Assembly: GCA_963845185.1 (NCBI GenBank)
Contig: CAWJRG010000009.1
Coordinates: 1 to 64,000, forward strand
DNA length: 64,000 nucleotides
Origin: an uncultured bacterium
GTDB taxonomy: Bacteria > Oederibacteriota > PGYV01 > CAWJRG01
Direction of reading: 5' to 3'
The first letter of the stretch is position 1. Each line of letters opens with the position of its first letter. The notes beneath the pieces were generated by a model that saw nothing but the letters and a program-made list of their open reading frames with translations, made no database searches and was not told where the DNA came from. Both the position numbers and the translations under genes were made by a program. Below, piece after piece: positions 19,404 through 28,705 of this stretch.

Positions 19404-20387
19404 ATGAAAGCGATTGTATACACAAAATACGGACCGCCGGATGTCCTTGAGTTCAGGGAAGTGAAAAAACCTGAGCCCTGGAATAATGAAGTGCTTGTAA
19501 GAATTCAGGCGGCATCATTAAACGCGGCTGACTGGCATCTTTTGAGGGCTGACCCGTTCATAACCCGCCTGTTTTCAGGGCTTTTGTGGCCGAAATACAC
19601 TATACTCGGAGCTGACATAGCAGGGCGGGTCGAAGCTGTCGGCAAAGACGTAAAGCAGTTTAAGCCGGACGAGGATGTATTCGGGGATTTATTCAGGAGC
19701 GGCTTTGGCGGTTTCGCGGAATATGCAATCGCCAGGGAAGAGGCATTAGCGCCGAAACCTGTCGGCTTGACATTTGAGGAAGCAGCGGCAGTGCCTGTGG
19801 CTGCAGTCACTGCTTTGCAGGGCCTCCGCGACAAAGGGCATATCAAGCCGGGACAAAAGGTCCTGATTAACGGCGCGTCGGGCGGTGTCGGCACATTCGC
19901 GGTGCAGATTGCCAAATCATTCGGCGCAGAAGTTACAGCCGTGTGCAGCACTGGGAACATGGACCTGGCGCGGTCACTCGGCGCGGACCATGTCATTGAT
20001 TACAACAGGGAAGATTTCACCAAAAACGGGCAGCAATATGATTTGATTCTTGCCGCCAACGGATATCATCCGATTTCAGACTACAAGCGCGCGTTAAGCG
20101 CCAAAGGCACTTATGTCATGAGCGGAGGTTCGGGCGCCCAGATGTTCCAGGCCATGCTCATGGGGCCGTGGATTTCAATGACCGGGGAAAAGAAAATGAT
20201 CGGCCTGTCAGCGGCATCAAACCAAAAAGATTTGCTTTTTATAAAAGGGCTTATTGAAGCTGGTAAAGTAAAACCAGTCATAGACAGGCGTTACCCTTTA
20301 AGCAAGGTCGCCGAAGCTTTCCAGTACCTTGAACAAGGTCACGCGCGGGGGAAAGTGGTAATAGATATTGAAAATTATAAGCCATAA
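19404..20387 (+). CDS. NAD(P)-dependent MDR-family oxidoreductase (Zn-independent, quinone reductase-like)
   Basis: MKAIVYTKYGPPDVL, VLINGASGGVGTFAVQIAK and GHARGKVVI motifs. Confidence 0.92.
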   Translation: MKAIVYTKYGPPDVLEFREVKKPEPWNNEVLVRIQAASLNAADWHLLRADPFITRLFSGLLWPKYTILGADIAGRVEAVGKDVKQFKPDEDVFGDLFRSGFGGFAEYAIAREEALAPKPVGLTFEEAAAVPVAAVTALQGLRDKGHIKPGQKVLINGASGGVGTFAVQIAKSFGAEVTAVCSTGNMDLARSLGADHVIDYNREDFTKNGQQYDLILAANGYHPISDYKRALSAKGTYVMSGGSGAQMFQAMLMGPWISMTGEKKMIGLSAASNQKDLLFIKGLIEAGKVKPVIDRRYPLSKVAEAFQYLEQGHARGKVVIDIENYKP

Positions 20388-20430
20388 GCCGCCCGCCGGC
20401 GCTCAGGTTTTGGGTTCCCGGGAGTAAAAA

Positions 20431-21465
20431 ATGATTATTCAGTCCCTTATAATAATGCTTCTGGTTTTCATCCTGCCTTTTTTGATAAAAAAAGCAGAGG
20501 AAGAGCTTGAAATATTTTTTTTCATAATGGGCATTCTGGCCGTAAGCGTAACAAGACAGTGGAGCCCGGCTTTGATAAAGGAGGCATTTATCGAGCCGGT
20601 AAAAATTACCGCTGCGGTATTAATTGCGGGCATGCTTTTTAAGTTGCTGCAAAAATCCATTGCGAAAAATATAAATAAAATCCTGGAAAAAACTGGGATT
20701 AAATTTTTTGCGTTTTTCATAGTCGCGGGATTGGGCCTGGCTTCAAGCGTGATAACGGTCATAGCAGCCGCCCTGATACTCGTCGAAATAATAAGCCATT
20801 TAAAACTCGGCAAAAAAGACGAAACCAGGCTTGTCATACTTACATGTTTTTCAATAGGGATTGGCGCCGCGCTCACGCCCATGGGCGAGCCGCTTGCGAC
20901 AATCATAACCGGCAAACTAAGTGGCCCGCCTTACCATGCCGGTTTCTGGTTTCTTTTCAAGAATCTGTGGCTTTATGTAGTGCCCTGCATATTATTTTTA
21001 GCCGGCCTGGCTGTGAAAATGACGGGAAAGAGCCGTAAAAGCAGCAAAGGATTAAAGGAAAACAGGGAAGAGGAAATAAAAGACATTTTAACAAGGGCCG
21101 GGAAAATATACCTTTTTATTGTATCGCTTGTATTTTTGGGTGCCGGGTTTAAGCCGGTTATAGATGGCTATGTCTCGAAAATACCCTATTATTTTATTTA
21201 CTGGATAAATCTTGTATCTGCCATACTCAACAACTCAACACTGGCAGCAGCTGAAATAGGGCCGTCAATGGCCATAAACCAGGTCAATGCCGCCATACTG
21301 GCCCTGATAACAGCCGGAGGGATGCTGGTGCCGGGGAACATACCGAATATCATAGCGGCAAATAAACTGAAAATAAAAAACAAGGAATGGGCCGCGCTCG
21401 GCGTGCCGCTGGGCCTCGGCATAATGACTGTATATTTTGTTGTTATACTGGCACAAGCAAGGTAA
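20431..21465 (+). CDS. DUF1646-family membrane protein (putative cation transporter)
   Basis: IGIGAALTPMGEPLATI, SAILNNSTLAAAEI and GGMLVPGNIPNII motifs. Confidence 0.8.
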   Translation: MIIQSLIIMLLVFILPFLIKKAEEELEIFFFIMGILAVSVTRQWSPALIKEAFIEPVKITAAVLIAGMLFKLLQKSIAKNINKILEKTGIKFFAFFIVAGLGLASSVITVIAAALILVEIISHLKLGKKDETRLVILTCFSIGIGAALTPMGEPLATIITGKLSGPPYHAGFWFLFKNLWLYVVPCILFLAGLAVKMTGKSRKSSKGLKENREEEIKDILTRAGKIYLFIVSLVFLGAGFKPVIDGYVSKIPYYFIYWINLVSAILNNSTLAAAEIGPSMAINQVNAAILALITAGGMLVPGNIPNIIAANKLKIKNKEWAALGVPLGLGIMTVYFVVILAQAR

Positions 21466-21608
21466 AATAAATTATTAGTTAAGCCATAAATAACACGCTA
21501 TAGCCCGGGTTTTGTGTTGAAATTCACTAAAGAAAAAGAAGAATGGGTTTATAAGCAGAACGAATACAGCCTTAACAAGAATAAAAGAGATGAGAGGAAA
21601 ATAAAATT

Positions 21609-22355
21609 TTGAATAAAATTAATGTTGAAAATATAAAAAAGAAAATAAACAATAACAGAATACTGAATAACTTTGTCTTTTTTTCTGAAATTGATTCAAC
21701 AAACCGCTATCTAATCCAAAACAGGCACAAGACAGGCACTATTGCTTTGGCGGAAACGCAGATATCAGGGTACGGCAAACGCGGGGCAGAGTGGGAATCA
21801 TCTAAAGGCGGGCTGTGGTTTTCTTTTGTCATAAATGAAAGCATCAAGAAACCATATATTTACATAGTGTTAATTTCAGTTGCCATCTTGGACAGTTTAA
21901 CAAAATACAAAATAAGCGCAAAAATAAAATGGCCGAATGACATACTTGTTAATGGAAAAAAAGTGGCAGGCATATTAATAGAAAACGACGTTTATTCAAA
22001 AAAGCTCGTGGCGGGAATAGGCATAGACGTAAACAATGACATTGACAGCAGGCTGTCGGCACATGCAGGGGCGCTGAAAGACGTTTATGGTAAAGAAATG
22101 GATTTAAGCGCGCTGTTTGTCATGATAATAAAAAGGATTGATTATTACCTTGGGAACATAAAAAAATACAGACGCGCTGCAATTATAAAGTGGATAAAAA
22201 ATCAGGTTGATGTAAAAGGGAAGGAAATAAAGGTTTTAGAAGGAAGTAAAATCATTAAAGGCAGGGTTGTTTCTGTTTTGCGCGACGGAAGCATAAAGCT
22301 GGCGGCTAAGGACGGAAAAATAAAAACAGTTTCAGCCGAAATATTTTTTATATAA
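21609..22355 (+). CDS. birA: Biotin--[acetyl-CoA-carboxylase] ligase (no HTH domain)
   Basis: IDSTN, AETQ..GYGKRG..W, KWPNDI..NGKKVAGILIE and GIGIDVN motifs. Confidence 0.9.
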   Translation: MNKINVENIKKKINNNRILNNFVFFSEIDSTNRYLIQNRHKTGTIALAETQISGYGKRGAEWESSKGGLWFSFVINESIKKPYIYIVLISVAILDSLTKYKISAKIKWPNDILVNGKKVAGILIENDVYSKKLVAGIGIDVNNDIDSRLSAHAGALKDVYGKEMDLSALFVMIIKRIDYYLGNIKKYRRAAIIKWIKNQVDVKGKEIKVLEGSKIIKGRVVSVLRDGSIKLAAKDGKIKTVSAEIFFI

Positions 22356-22886
22356 TTTTTTATCGTCAAATATATTTTTTAAAACCAGAATCCCCGCAAT
22401 TGTTTTTGAATCCTTTATCCTTCCTGAAAAAACCATATCCACAGCACTGGCAAGGGTAGTCACAAACGGAGTTATCTGCTCGTCTTCGTCAAGATTTTGT
22501 TTTGATTTTTCCAGGCTGTAAGCGATGAATATTGCCATGACTTCGTTCGATGTGCCCGGGGCAAGGAAAAATTTCGTGATTTCCTTTATCCTGCCCGCGG
22601 TATAACCAATCTCTTCGGTAAGCTCGCGTAGGGCGCATGACATGAAAGATTCCCTGTCATCCCTTGTGCCTGCGGGGAATTCATAAATATATCCGCCTGC
22701 TGCATAGCGGTATTGATTGATAAGTACTATTTTTTTCTTTTTGATATCAAGGATAGGGATGATAAGTACTGAACCTGGGTGTTTTATCAGTTCGCGGACA
22801 ATTGTTTTTTTGCCCATTTTGATAGTATCTTTTGAAAGGTTTACCACGCGGCCCTTATATATCTGCTCGCTTTTTAATAGTTTCAT
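22332..22886 (-). CDS. NUDIX hydrolase (ADP-ribose pyrophosphatase-like)
   Basis: RELIKHPGSV, QYRY, EFPAG...ALRELTEEIG and IKDSKT motifs. Has its own AAGAGG RBS and ATG at 22886, in frame with the upstream gene. Confidence 0.88.
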   Translation of the reverse strand: MKLLKSEQIYKGRVVNLSKDTIKMGKKTIVRELIKHPGSVLIIPILDIKKKKIVLINQYRYAAGGYIYEFPAGTRDDRESFMSCALRELTEEIGYTAGRIKEITKFFLAPGTSNEVMAIFIAYSLEKSKQNLDEDEQITPFVTTLASAVDMVFSGRIKDSKTIAGILVLKNIFDDKKLYKKYFG

Positions 22887-23492
22887 GTTTACCTCTTTTG
22901 TTAATTGTAGAGACACGCCATGGCGTGTCTCTATAGTTATTATTACTTCTTTTTCCGTCACTATGTAATCCATTTTTACATCATGCTTTTTGGCATGGGT
23001 TTTCTTTACAATCTGGCTTGAAAAAGCAAGCGCGACTTTTAAAGTCTTGGCAGGGAGCTGCTTCAGGAATTTATCGAAAAATCCCTTGCCGAACCCAATG
23101 CGGTTTCCATGCCTGTCAAAAGCAATGCCGGGCACAATAATTAGGTCAAGATTTTTCAGGGTTTTTATCCTTATTTTCCTTACGGGCTCAGGTATGCCGA
23201 ATGCAGCAGGCTTACATTCCATATTCCTGTCCATGAGCATGGGAGTGATTTGGCTGCCGCATACGCAGGGCACGTAAACTTTGGATTTGTTATCAGAAAA
23301 TAGCTTAAAGAAAGGTCCGGTTTTTACTTCGCTCTGCACGCTCATATATATCATTACGTGCCTGAAGAGATGCAGTTTTGATTTAAAGGCAGCGCAAAAA
23401 TTGCGGAATATGGCAAGGCTGCGCTTTTTTATAACCTGCGCAGGGATTTTATCCCGTATTTTTTTTGTTTTTTTGCGTACTATGTGCTTCAT
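22887..23492 (-). CDS. 5-formyltetrahydrofolate cyclo-ligase (reads through in frame into the NUDIX gene)
   Basis: SEVKT, FGIPEP, IIVPGIAFDRHGNRIGFGKGFFDKFL and HDVKMDYIVTE motifs. Confidence 0.9.
22907..22934. repeat. REP-like palindrome (GTAG type)
   Basis: GTAGAGACACGCCATGGCGTGTCTCTAT. Confidence 0.85.
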
Positions 23493-23498
23493 GCGGGT

Positions 23499-23527
23499 AT
23501 AATACAATGGCAAAAGTCAAAAGTCAA
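23499..23527 (-). promoter_or_regulatory. sigma70 promoter predicting a leaderless transcript
   Basis: Minus strand TTGACT-17 nt-TATTAT, then 6 nt, then ATG 23492 with no SD sequence. Confidence 0.6.
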
Positions 23528-23550
23528 ACAGCAAAGCTGAATTAACCTGT

Positions 23551-23578
23551 TGCAATATTGGATATAAGCAATATAATA
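23551..23578 (+). promoter_or_regulatory. sigma70 promoter (divergent)
   Basis: TTGCAA followed about 17 nt later by TATAAT, upstream of 23647. Confidence 0.55.
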
Positions 23579-23646
23579 GTAAAAATAAAGCGGCAAGTTT
23601 AATAAAACTAATCACAAACAATAAATTCAACACAAGGAGGATTTTT

Positions 23647-24825
23647 ATGGGAGAAAAACGGAAAGGACTGGTTTTCAGGGCAATAGGCAATGGCACTGTT
23701 TATTTTTTAAAGAATGTCCATCTTGTTTTGCTGGCTTTTATCCCAATGATAGCCTTGAATTTGGTTTTTATGCTTGGAGACCAGTCGAAAATGGCGGCAG
23801 GCATGGCTATGGGGAAATTCCCGCCATGGTTTTTTATTTTTATCCTGTTTAATATGCTGTATACGATGTGGGTTTTTAATTTTCTTGCCATTCACATCGC
23901 TTCAAAGCCATATATATTGGACCTCAACATAAAAAACCAGGCACTGGTCGCATTAAAAAGGCTGCCCGGGACTTTTTTAGTTGGGGTAATGTACGGTGTT
24001 TCTGTGATGTTTTGTTTCTTATTGTTAATAATACCGGCAATAATTGTCGGGTGCCTCTGGTCCATGGTCCCGTTCGTTTACGTTTTTTATGGCGGGATCA
24101 TCAAATCATTTAAGGAAGGCAGGGAAATAATCAAGGGCCGTTTCTGGAGCATCTTTCTTTTGCTTTTTATTTCCGTGATTATCGCGTTTATCTTGTTAAT
24201 AACAGCATATTATTTCACAGGGTTCGCAGGTTACAATATAATCAATCAACTGCTTTATTTTGCAATTTCCATTATAGTCAGCATATCTTATTTCTGGATG
24301 CTTGCCCTGTACAAGGGAATAAAAGAAGAAAAGGATTTCAAGCATGACGAAGACAGGAAAGGGAAGTCGGGATTTTATAAGACAATCCTGGTACTGACGT
24401 CAATAGTATTTGTGGCGTTTGCGTCATTTTACGGGTACATGTTTACCGTTATGATTCCAAATATGGCCCTGAAAACAGGAATGGAAACAAAAATAGAGGG
24501 CAATAAAACAACCACATACATAAAGGGCGTACCGCAGACCAGCATAGAACAAAAAAGCAGGGGAGTAGTCACGTATACTTATTATTATAAAAACGGCAGT
24601 ATAAAGACGGAAATGAGCATGAAATTCTTTTCGATAACCGGGCAAACAAAAGAGTATTATGAAAACGGAAAAATAAAATCAGTGAAAACTTATGATAAGG
24701 GCAAATTAAACGGGGAAAGCCTCGAATACGACGAAAACGGGCAATTAAGCAAGAAGTGCGAATATAAGGACAATAATATTGTCAACTGCGAGGAAATAAA
24801 GGCAAAAACAATTAGAAAATTATAA
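23647..24825 (+). CDS. Multi-pass membrane protein with C-terminal MORN-variant (YwqK-like) repeats
   Basis: About 7 TM segments followed by YYKNG/YYENG/YDENG repeats. GGAGG RBS. Confidence 0.75.
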   Translation: MGEKRKGLVFRAIGNGTVYFLKNVHLVLLAFIPMIALNLVFMLGDQSKMAAGMAMGKFPPWFFIFILFNMLYTMWVFNFLAIHIASKPYILDLNIKNQALVALKRLPGTFLVGVMYGVSVMFCFLLLIIPAIIVGCLWSMVPFVYVFYGGIIKSFKEGREIIKGRFWSIFLLLFISVIIAFILLITAYYFTGFAGYNIINQLLYFAISIIVSISYFWMLALYKGIKEEKDFKHDEDRKGKSGFYKTILVLTSIVFVAFASFYGYMFTVMIPNMALKTGMETKIEGNKTTTYIKGVPQTSIEQKSRGVVTYTYYYKNGSIKTEMSMKFFSITGQTKEYYENGKIKSVKTYDKGKLNGESLEYDENGQLSKKCEYKDNNIVNCEEIKAKTIRKL

Positions 24826-24899
24826 TTTGCAGCCGGACTGTGTGGAACGTGCGGCGTTAACCCTTCGAGCATGAAGGTGAACTGCAAAAAGAGGAAAAA

Positions 24900-26231
24900 A
24901 TGAAAAATAATTTTACAGTATTGATACTTGGAAGGGAAAACGTGGGCAAATCGTCCATTTTTAACAAGATTATCAGGCAGCAGAGGGCAATAGTGGATGA
25001 CATGCCGGGCGTAACCAGGGACAGGATATACGGGGAAGTATACTGGGACAGGAAAAGGTTTACCGCGGTCGATACGGGCGGCATATTATTCGACGACAAG
25101 AACGTCATAAAAAGCATAATAATAAAAGACATTGAGAAAATAATAAAAGACGCTGACCTTGCAATGCTGGTTGTGGACGCGCAGGCGGGTATTTTGCCGG
25201 ACGACAGAAGGATATTTGATTTCATTAAAAGGCATACTGACAAGTACATCGTCGTGGTCAACAAAGCAGACAATGAAAAATTAATCAACGAGTCCTATGA
25301 GTTTTACAACCTGGGCGTAGACAAGATATTCCCGATCTCGGCTGCGCATTCGTTCGCGATAGACGACGTGCTCGACTACATAGCCGCGCTGGTGCCGGAG
25401 GAAAAAATAGACGAGAAAAGCAAAGACGACATCATAAAACTGGCCATAGTCGGCAAGGAAAACGTCGGCAAATCGCTTTTGTTCAACACCATAATAAACG
25501 AGGAGCGCGCAATAGTCACGGACATCCCGGGCACGACCAGGGATTCCATTGACTCGATGGTTGAGATAAACAACTCGTTTTTCCTCGTGATAGACACTGC
25601 CGGCGTAAAAAAGAGGAAGAACATAAGGGAAAAAGTCGAAGCGTTCGGCATGGGCAGGACTTTTGTAAACATAAAAAGGGCGGACATGGTAATCCACGTG
25701 ATTGACGCCATAGAGGGAATACAGGAAATCGACAAGAGGATAATAGGGTACGCTTTTGAGAATTATAAGGCCATGATAATTGCCGTGAACAAATGGGACC
25801 TTGTCGCGGCAAAAGACAGGGAAAGAATAAGGATAGAGTACATCGAGTACGTGAAGGCCAATTTCAAGTTCATAGATTTTGTGCCGATAATTTTCATCTC
25901 TGCCTTGCAGAAAATGGGCATGGACCAGCTCATTGATATTGTAATTTATGTCGAAAACCAGTATAATTTCAGGGTGAAAACCTCGATGCTGAACAGGGTT
26001 TTCCAGGAGGCTGTGTATGAAAAACAGCCTTCGGACAAGAGAGGCTCGCTTAAAGTTTATTACATGACGCAGGTCGCGGTCAGGCCTCCGACTTTTGTTA
26101 TTTTTGTGAACCGCAAGAAAAAACTGCATTTCAGTTATTTGAGGTATTTAGAGAACCAGATGAGGCGGCATTTCGGGTTTGAAGGCGTGCCGTTGAAAAT
26201 CAAAATCAGGGAAAAAGGAAAGGATGCATAA
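24900..26231 (+). CDS. der: Ribosome biogenesis GTPase Der
   Basis: Two G domains (NVGKS, GVTRD/GTTRD, DTGG/DTAG, NKAD/NKWD) and a C-terminal KH-like domain (YLRYLENQMR..FGFEGVP). Confidence 0.97.
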   Translation: MKNNFTVLILGRENVGKSSIFNKIIRQQRAIVDDMPGVTRDRIYGEVYWDRKRFTAVDTGGILFDDKNVIKSIIIKDIEKIIKDADLAMLVVDAQAGILPDDRRIFDFIKRHTDKYIVVVNKADNEKLINESYEFYNLGVDKIFPISAAHSFAIDDVLDYIAALVPEEKIDEKSKDDIIKLAIVGKENVGKSLLFNTIINEERAIVTDIPGTTRDSIDSMVEINNSFFLVIDTAGVKKRKNIREKVEAFGMGRTFVNIKRADMVIHVIDAIEGIQEIDKRIIGYAFENYKAMIIAVNKWDLVAAKDRERIRIEYIEYVKANFKFIDFVPIIFISALQKMGMDQLIDIVIYVENQYNFRVKTSMLNRVFQEAVYEKQPSDKRGSLKVYYMTQVAVRPPTFVIFVNRKKKLHFSYLRYLENQMRRHFGFEGVPLKIKIREKGKDA

Positions 26232-26864
26232 ATGCATTTAATTACAGGATTGATATTAACGATAGTGGTTTCCTATGTTGCCGGCTCGATACCGACCGGA
26301 TATATTATCGCGAAGAAATTAAAGGGCATTGACATAAGGAAGGAAGGCAGCGGCAATATAGGCGCGACGAACGTAAGAAGGATAATGGGCATGAAATGGT
26401 TTTTTATAGTGCTCGCGCTCGACGCTTTTAAGGGGTTTTTGCCGGTCTTTGTTTTTTCGCTCATTTACAAGGGTACCTATCCGTTCCTGCCTGTAATTGC
26501 AGGCGTGTGCGCCATGCTGGGGCACACTTTCACGATATTTCTGAATTTCAAGGGCGGAAAGGGAGTGGCAACAGGGCTGGGCGTATTCCTGGCGCTTGCG
26601 CCGTTCAGCATCCTCACGGCCTTATTGGCTTTTGTAATCGTGTTGTTCGCGTTCGGATACATATCAGTAGGCTCAATGACTGCGGCGGTATTGCTGCCGT
26701 TCCTTGTTTACATATACGGCGAGACAGGATATCTTTACCTGGTATTCTTTTTTTCCTTATTAGCCGCAATATTTGTTGTTTACAAGCACAAGGATAATAT
26801 CAAAAGGCTTATTGACGGCACTGAAAGCAAGTTTGAGTATAAAAAGGAGCAAAGCGCCAAATGA
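26232..26864 (+). CDS. plsY: Glycerol-3-phosphate acyltransferase PlsY
   Basis: GSIPTG, GSGNIGATNV, FKGGKGVAT and HKDNIKRL motifs. Confidence 0.96.
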   Translation: MHLITGLILTIVVSYVAGSIPTGYIIAKKLKGIDIRKEGSGNIGATNVRRIMGMKWFFIVLALDAFKGFLPVFVFSLIYKGTYPFLPVIAGVCAMLGHTFTIFLNFKGGKGVATGLGVFLALAPFSILTALLAFVIVLFAFGYISVGSMTAAVLLPFLVYIYGETGYLYLVFFFSLLAAIFVVYKHKDNIKRLIDGTESKFEYKKEQSAK

Positions 26865-27868
26865 AGGTTTCGGTCATAGGCGCCGGCGGTTGGGGCACGA
26901 CTTTAGCCGTGCTTTTATACGAAAAAGGCAATGAAGTCATGCTATGGGAGTATTTCCCGGATTATGCAAGGGTACTTACGGAGACGCGCGAAAATATCAA
27001 GTTTTTAAAAGGCATAAAGATTCCCGAAAAGATTGATATCACGATTGACCTGCAACGCTGCGTGGAGCAGGCCGAAACAGTGGTAATGGCAGTGCCGTCG
27101 CACGCTTTAAGGCAGACGCTGGAAAAAATACAAGGATTTGATTATAAAAAAAAGTTCTTTATAAGCTGCATTAAAGGCATCGAGCAGAAATCGCTTATGA
27201 GGATGTCGCAGGTCATGAAGGATGTCCTTGGCAAGGTGAAGTTCGCCGTCATATCAGGGCCGTCGCACGCGGAAGAAGTTTCAAGAAAAATCCCGACTGC
27301 AGTGGTTGCGGCTTCGGAAAAATTGTCCATGGCAGCCCGGGCGCAGGAGTTGTTTTATACTGATGATTTGCGGGTTTATACAAACAGGGATGTGGCAGGC
27401 GTTGAGCTGGGCGGCAGCGTGAAAAATGTCATTGCCATAGCCGCAGGAATACTTGACGGGCTTGGCGCGGGCGCGAACACAAAAGCAGCGCTTATCACGA
27501 GGGGCCTTGCAGAAATGAAAAGGCTTGGCAAAGCGCTTGGCGCAAAGGAAACGACTTTTTTCGGCCTGTCGGGGCTGGGAGACCTGGTGGTTACTTGCGA
27601 AAGCAGGTTCTCAAGGAACAGGGCAGTGGGAGAGCAGCTCGGCAAAGGCAAAAAATTAAAGGAAATACTCGCAGGCATGGACATGGTGGCAGAAGGAGTC
27701 AAGACAACCGAGTCGGTTTACATGATGGCAGAAAAGCACAAAGTCGAGATGCCGATAACAAGGGAAACATACGAGGTATTATATAAAGACAAACCGGCAA
27801 AGCAGTCCATCAGGGATCTAATGACAAGGAAACTTAAGTCAGAGGAAGAATTTCTTAATGAAAAATAG
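26861..27868 (+). CDS. gpsA: NAD(P)H-dependent glycerol-3-phosphate dehydrogenase
   Basis: GAGGWGT, SGPSHA, KNVIAIAAG and GLGDLVVTC.SRFSRN motifs. Confidence 0.97.
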   Translation: MKVSVIGAGGWGTTLAVLLYEKGNEVMLWEYFPDYARVLTETRENIKFLKGIKIPEKIDITIDLQRCVEQAETVVMAVPSHALRQTLEKIQGFDYKKKFFISCIKGIEQKSLMRMSQVMKDVLGKVKFAVISGPSHAEEVSRKIPTAVVAASEKLSMAARAQELFYTDDLRVYTNRDVAGVELGGSVKNVIAIAAGILDGLGAGANTKAALITRGLAEMKRLGKALGAKETTFFGLSGLGDLVVTCESRFSRNRAVGEQLGKGKKLKEILAGMDMVAEGVKTTESVYMMAEKHKVEMPITRETYEVLYKDKPAKQSIRDLMTRKLKSEEEFLNEK

Positions 27869-27884
27869 AACAGTTTAATGTTTA

Positions 27885-27916
27885 AAGTTAAAAGTTGAAC
27901 GTTGAACGTTGAACGT
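27885..27916. repeat. Heptamer tandem repeat (GTTGAAC-like)
   Basis: AAAGTTAAAAGTTGAACGTTGAACGTTGAACG. Confidence 0.6.
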
Positions 27917-27953
27917 AAATATTAAGCATGAAACATTAAACAAGGAGGAAACG

Positions 27954-28307
27954 ATGGAGATTAGAGAGAAAAAGTTTTACCCGATAAGGGAAGTGGCTCA
28001 AATCACAGAGGTGGCGGAATCGGTCATAAGGTTCTGGGAGCAGAATTTTGAGGAATTAAACCCGCTGAAAAACAGGGTCGGCCAGAGGAAATACACAAAA
28101 AAAGATATAGATGTAATTTTGCTTATTAAAAAGCTCCTTTACGAGGATGAGTATAAGATAGCCGGGGCACAGAGGAAACTGAAGGAGCTTATAAGCGCGG
28201 CAGACGGGGAGCAGATGGAGCTTTTTCCTTTCCAGGAAAAACTGAAAGACGAGAAATTAAAGGAAATAAGGAAAGAACTGACTGAAGTGCTGACAATACT
28301 GCAATAA
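27954..28307 (+). CDS. MerR-family transcriptional regulator (type found next to tRNA-Pro)
   Basis: FYPIREVA..VIRFWE..F..LNP.KNR.GQRKY..LLY...YKIAGA pattern. GGAGG RBS. Confidence 0.9.
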   Translation: MEIREKKFYPIREVAQITEVAESVIRFWEQNFEELNPLKNRVGQRKYTKKDIDVILLIKKLLYEDEYKIAGAQRKLKELISAADGEQMELFPFQEKLKDEKLKEIRKELTEVLTILQ

Positions 28308-28481
28308 ATTTACAATTCGGGATGAAACATGCTTACAGGCATAATAGACGAGATGAAAAAACTCAAACCTTTTTAAACTCTGAACTTTAAACCGAAAATT
28401 TTAATCTAATCAGGCAAATGTGCTTAATTTCGTGTTGAAGTATAATATAAATAATGTTAAAATGCCTTCGCTGAATTTTTT

Positions 28482-28545
28482 AATCCCGCTCCGCGAAAAT
28501 CCCCGCCGGTAGAGGCGGGGATTGATAGCGCTTCGGGGAGGGAGC
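28482..28545. repeat. Orphan GC-rich hairpin resembling an IS200/IS605-type end
   Basis: CGCGAAAATCCCCGCC-GGTAGA-GGCGGGGATTGATAGCG, with no transposase nearby. Confidence 0.4.
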
Positions 28546-28586
28546 ATATTAGAGAATTTTTTAAAGTTGCTCCACTTTAACGGTAT

Positions 28587-28663
28587 CGGGGCGTAGCGCA
28601 GGTGGCTAGCGCACTCGCTTGGGGTGCGAGAGGTCGCCCGTTCAAATCGGGTCGCCCCGACCA
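28587..28663 (+). tRNA. tRNA-Pro(GGG)
   Basis: CGGGGCG acceptor, anticodon arm CTCGC-TTGGGGT-GCGAG, TTCAAAT T-loop and encoded CCA. Confidence 0.97.
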
Positions 28664-28705
28664 TTTTAAATATTCGAAATATATTTGCAGACGGGCTGAA
28701 AAGTC

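Noticed and set aside
18948..19423. Short ORFs overlapping the repeated element (18948-, 19109+, 19226-; likewise 31612+)
   Set aside because: Reading frames are not preserved between copies while base pairing is.
20388..20430. Na+-sensing (DUF1646-motif) riboswitch ahead of the DUF1646 gene
   Set aside because: The gap is only 43 nt with a weak GC hairpin, and I cannot match the consensus reliably. It needs cmscan.
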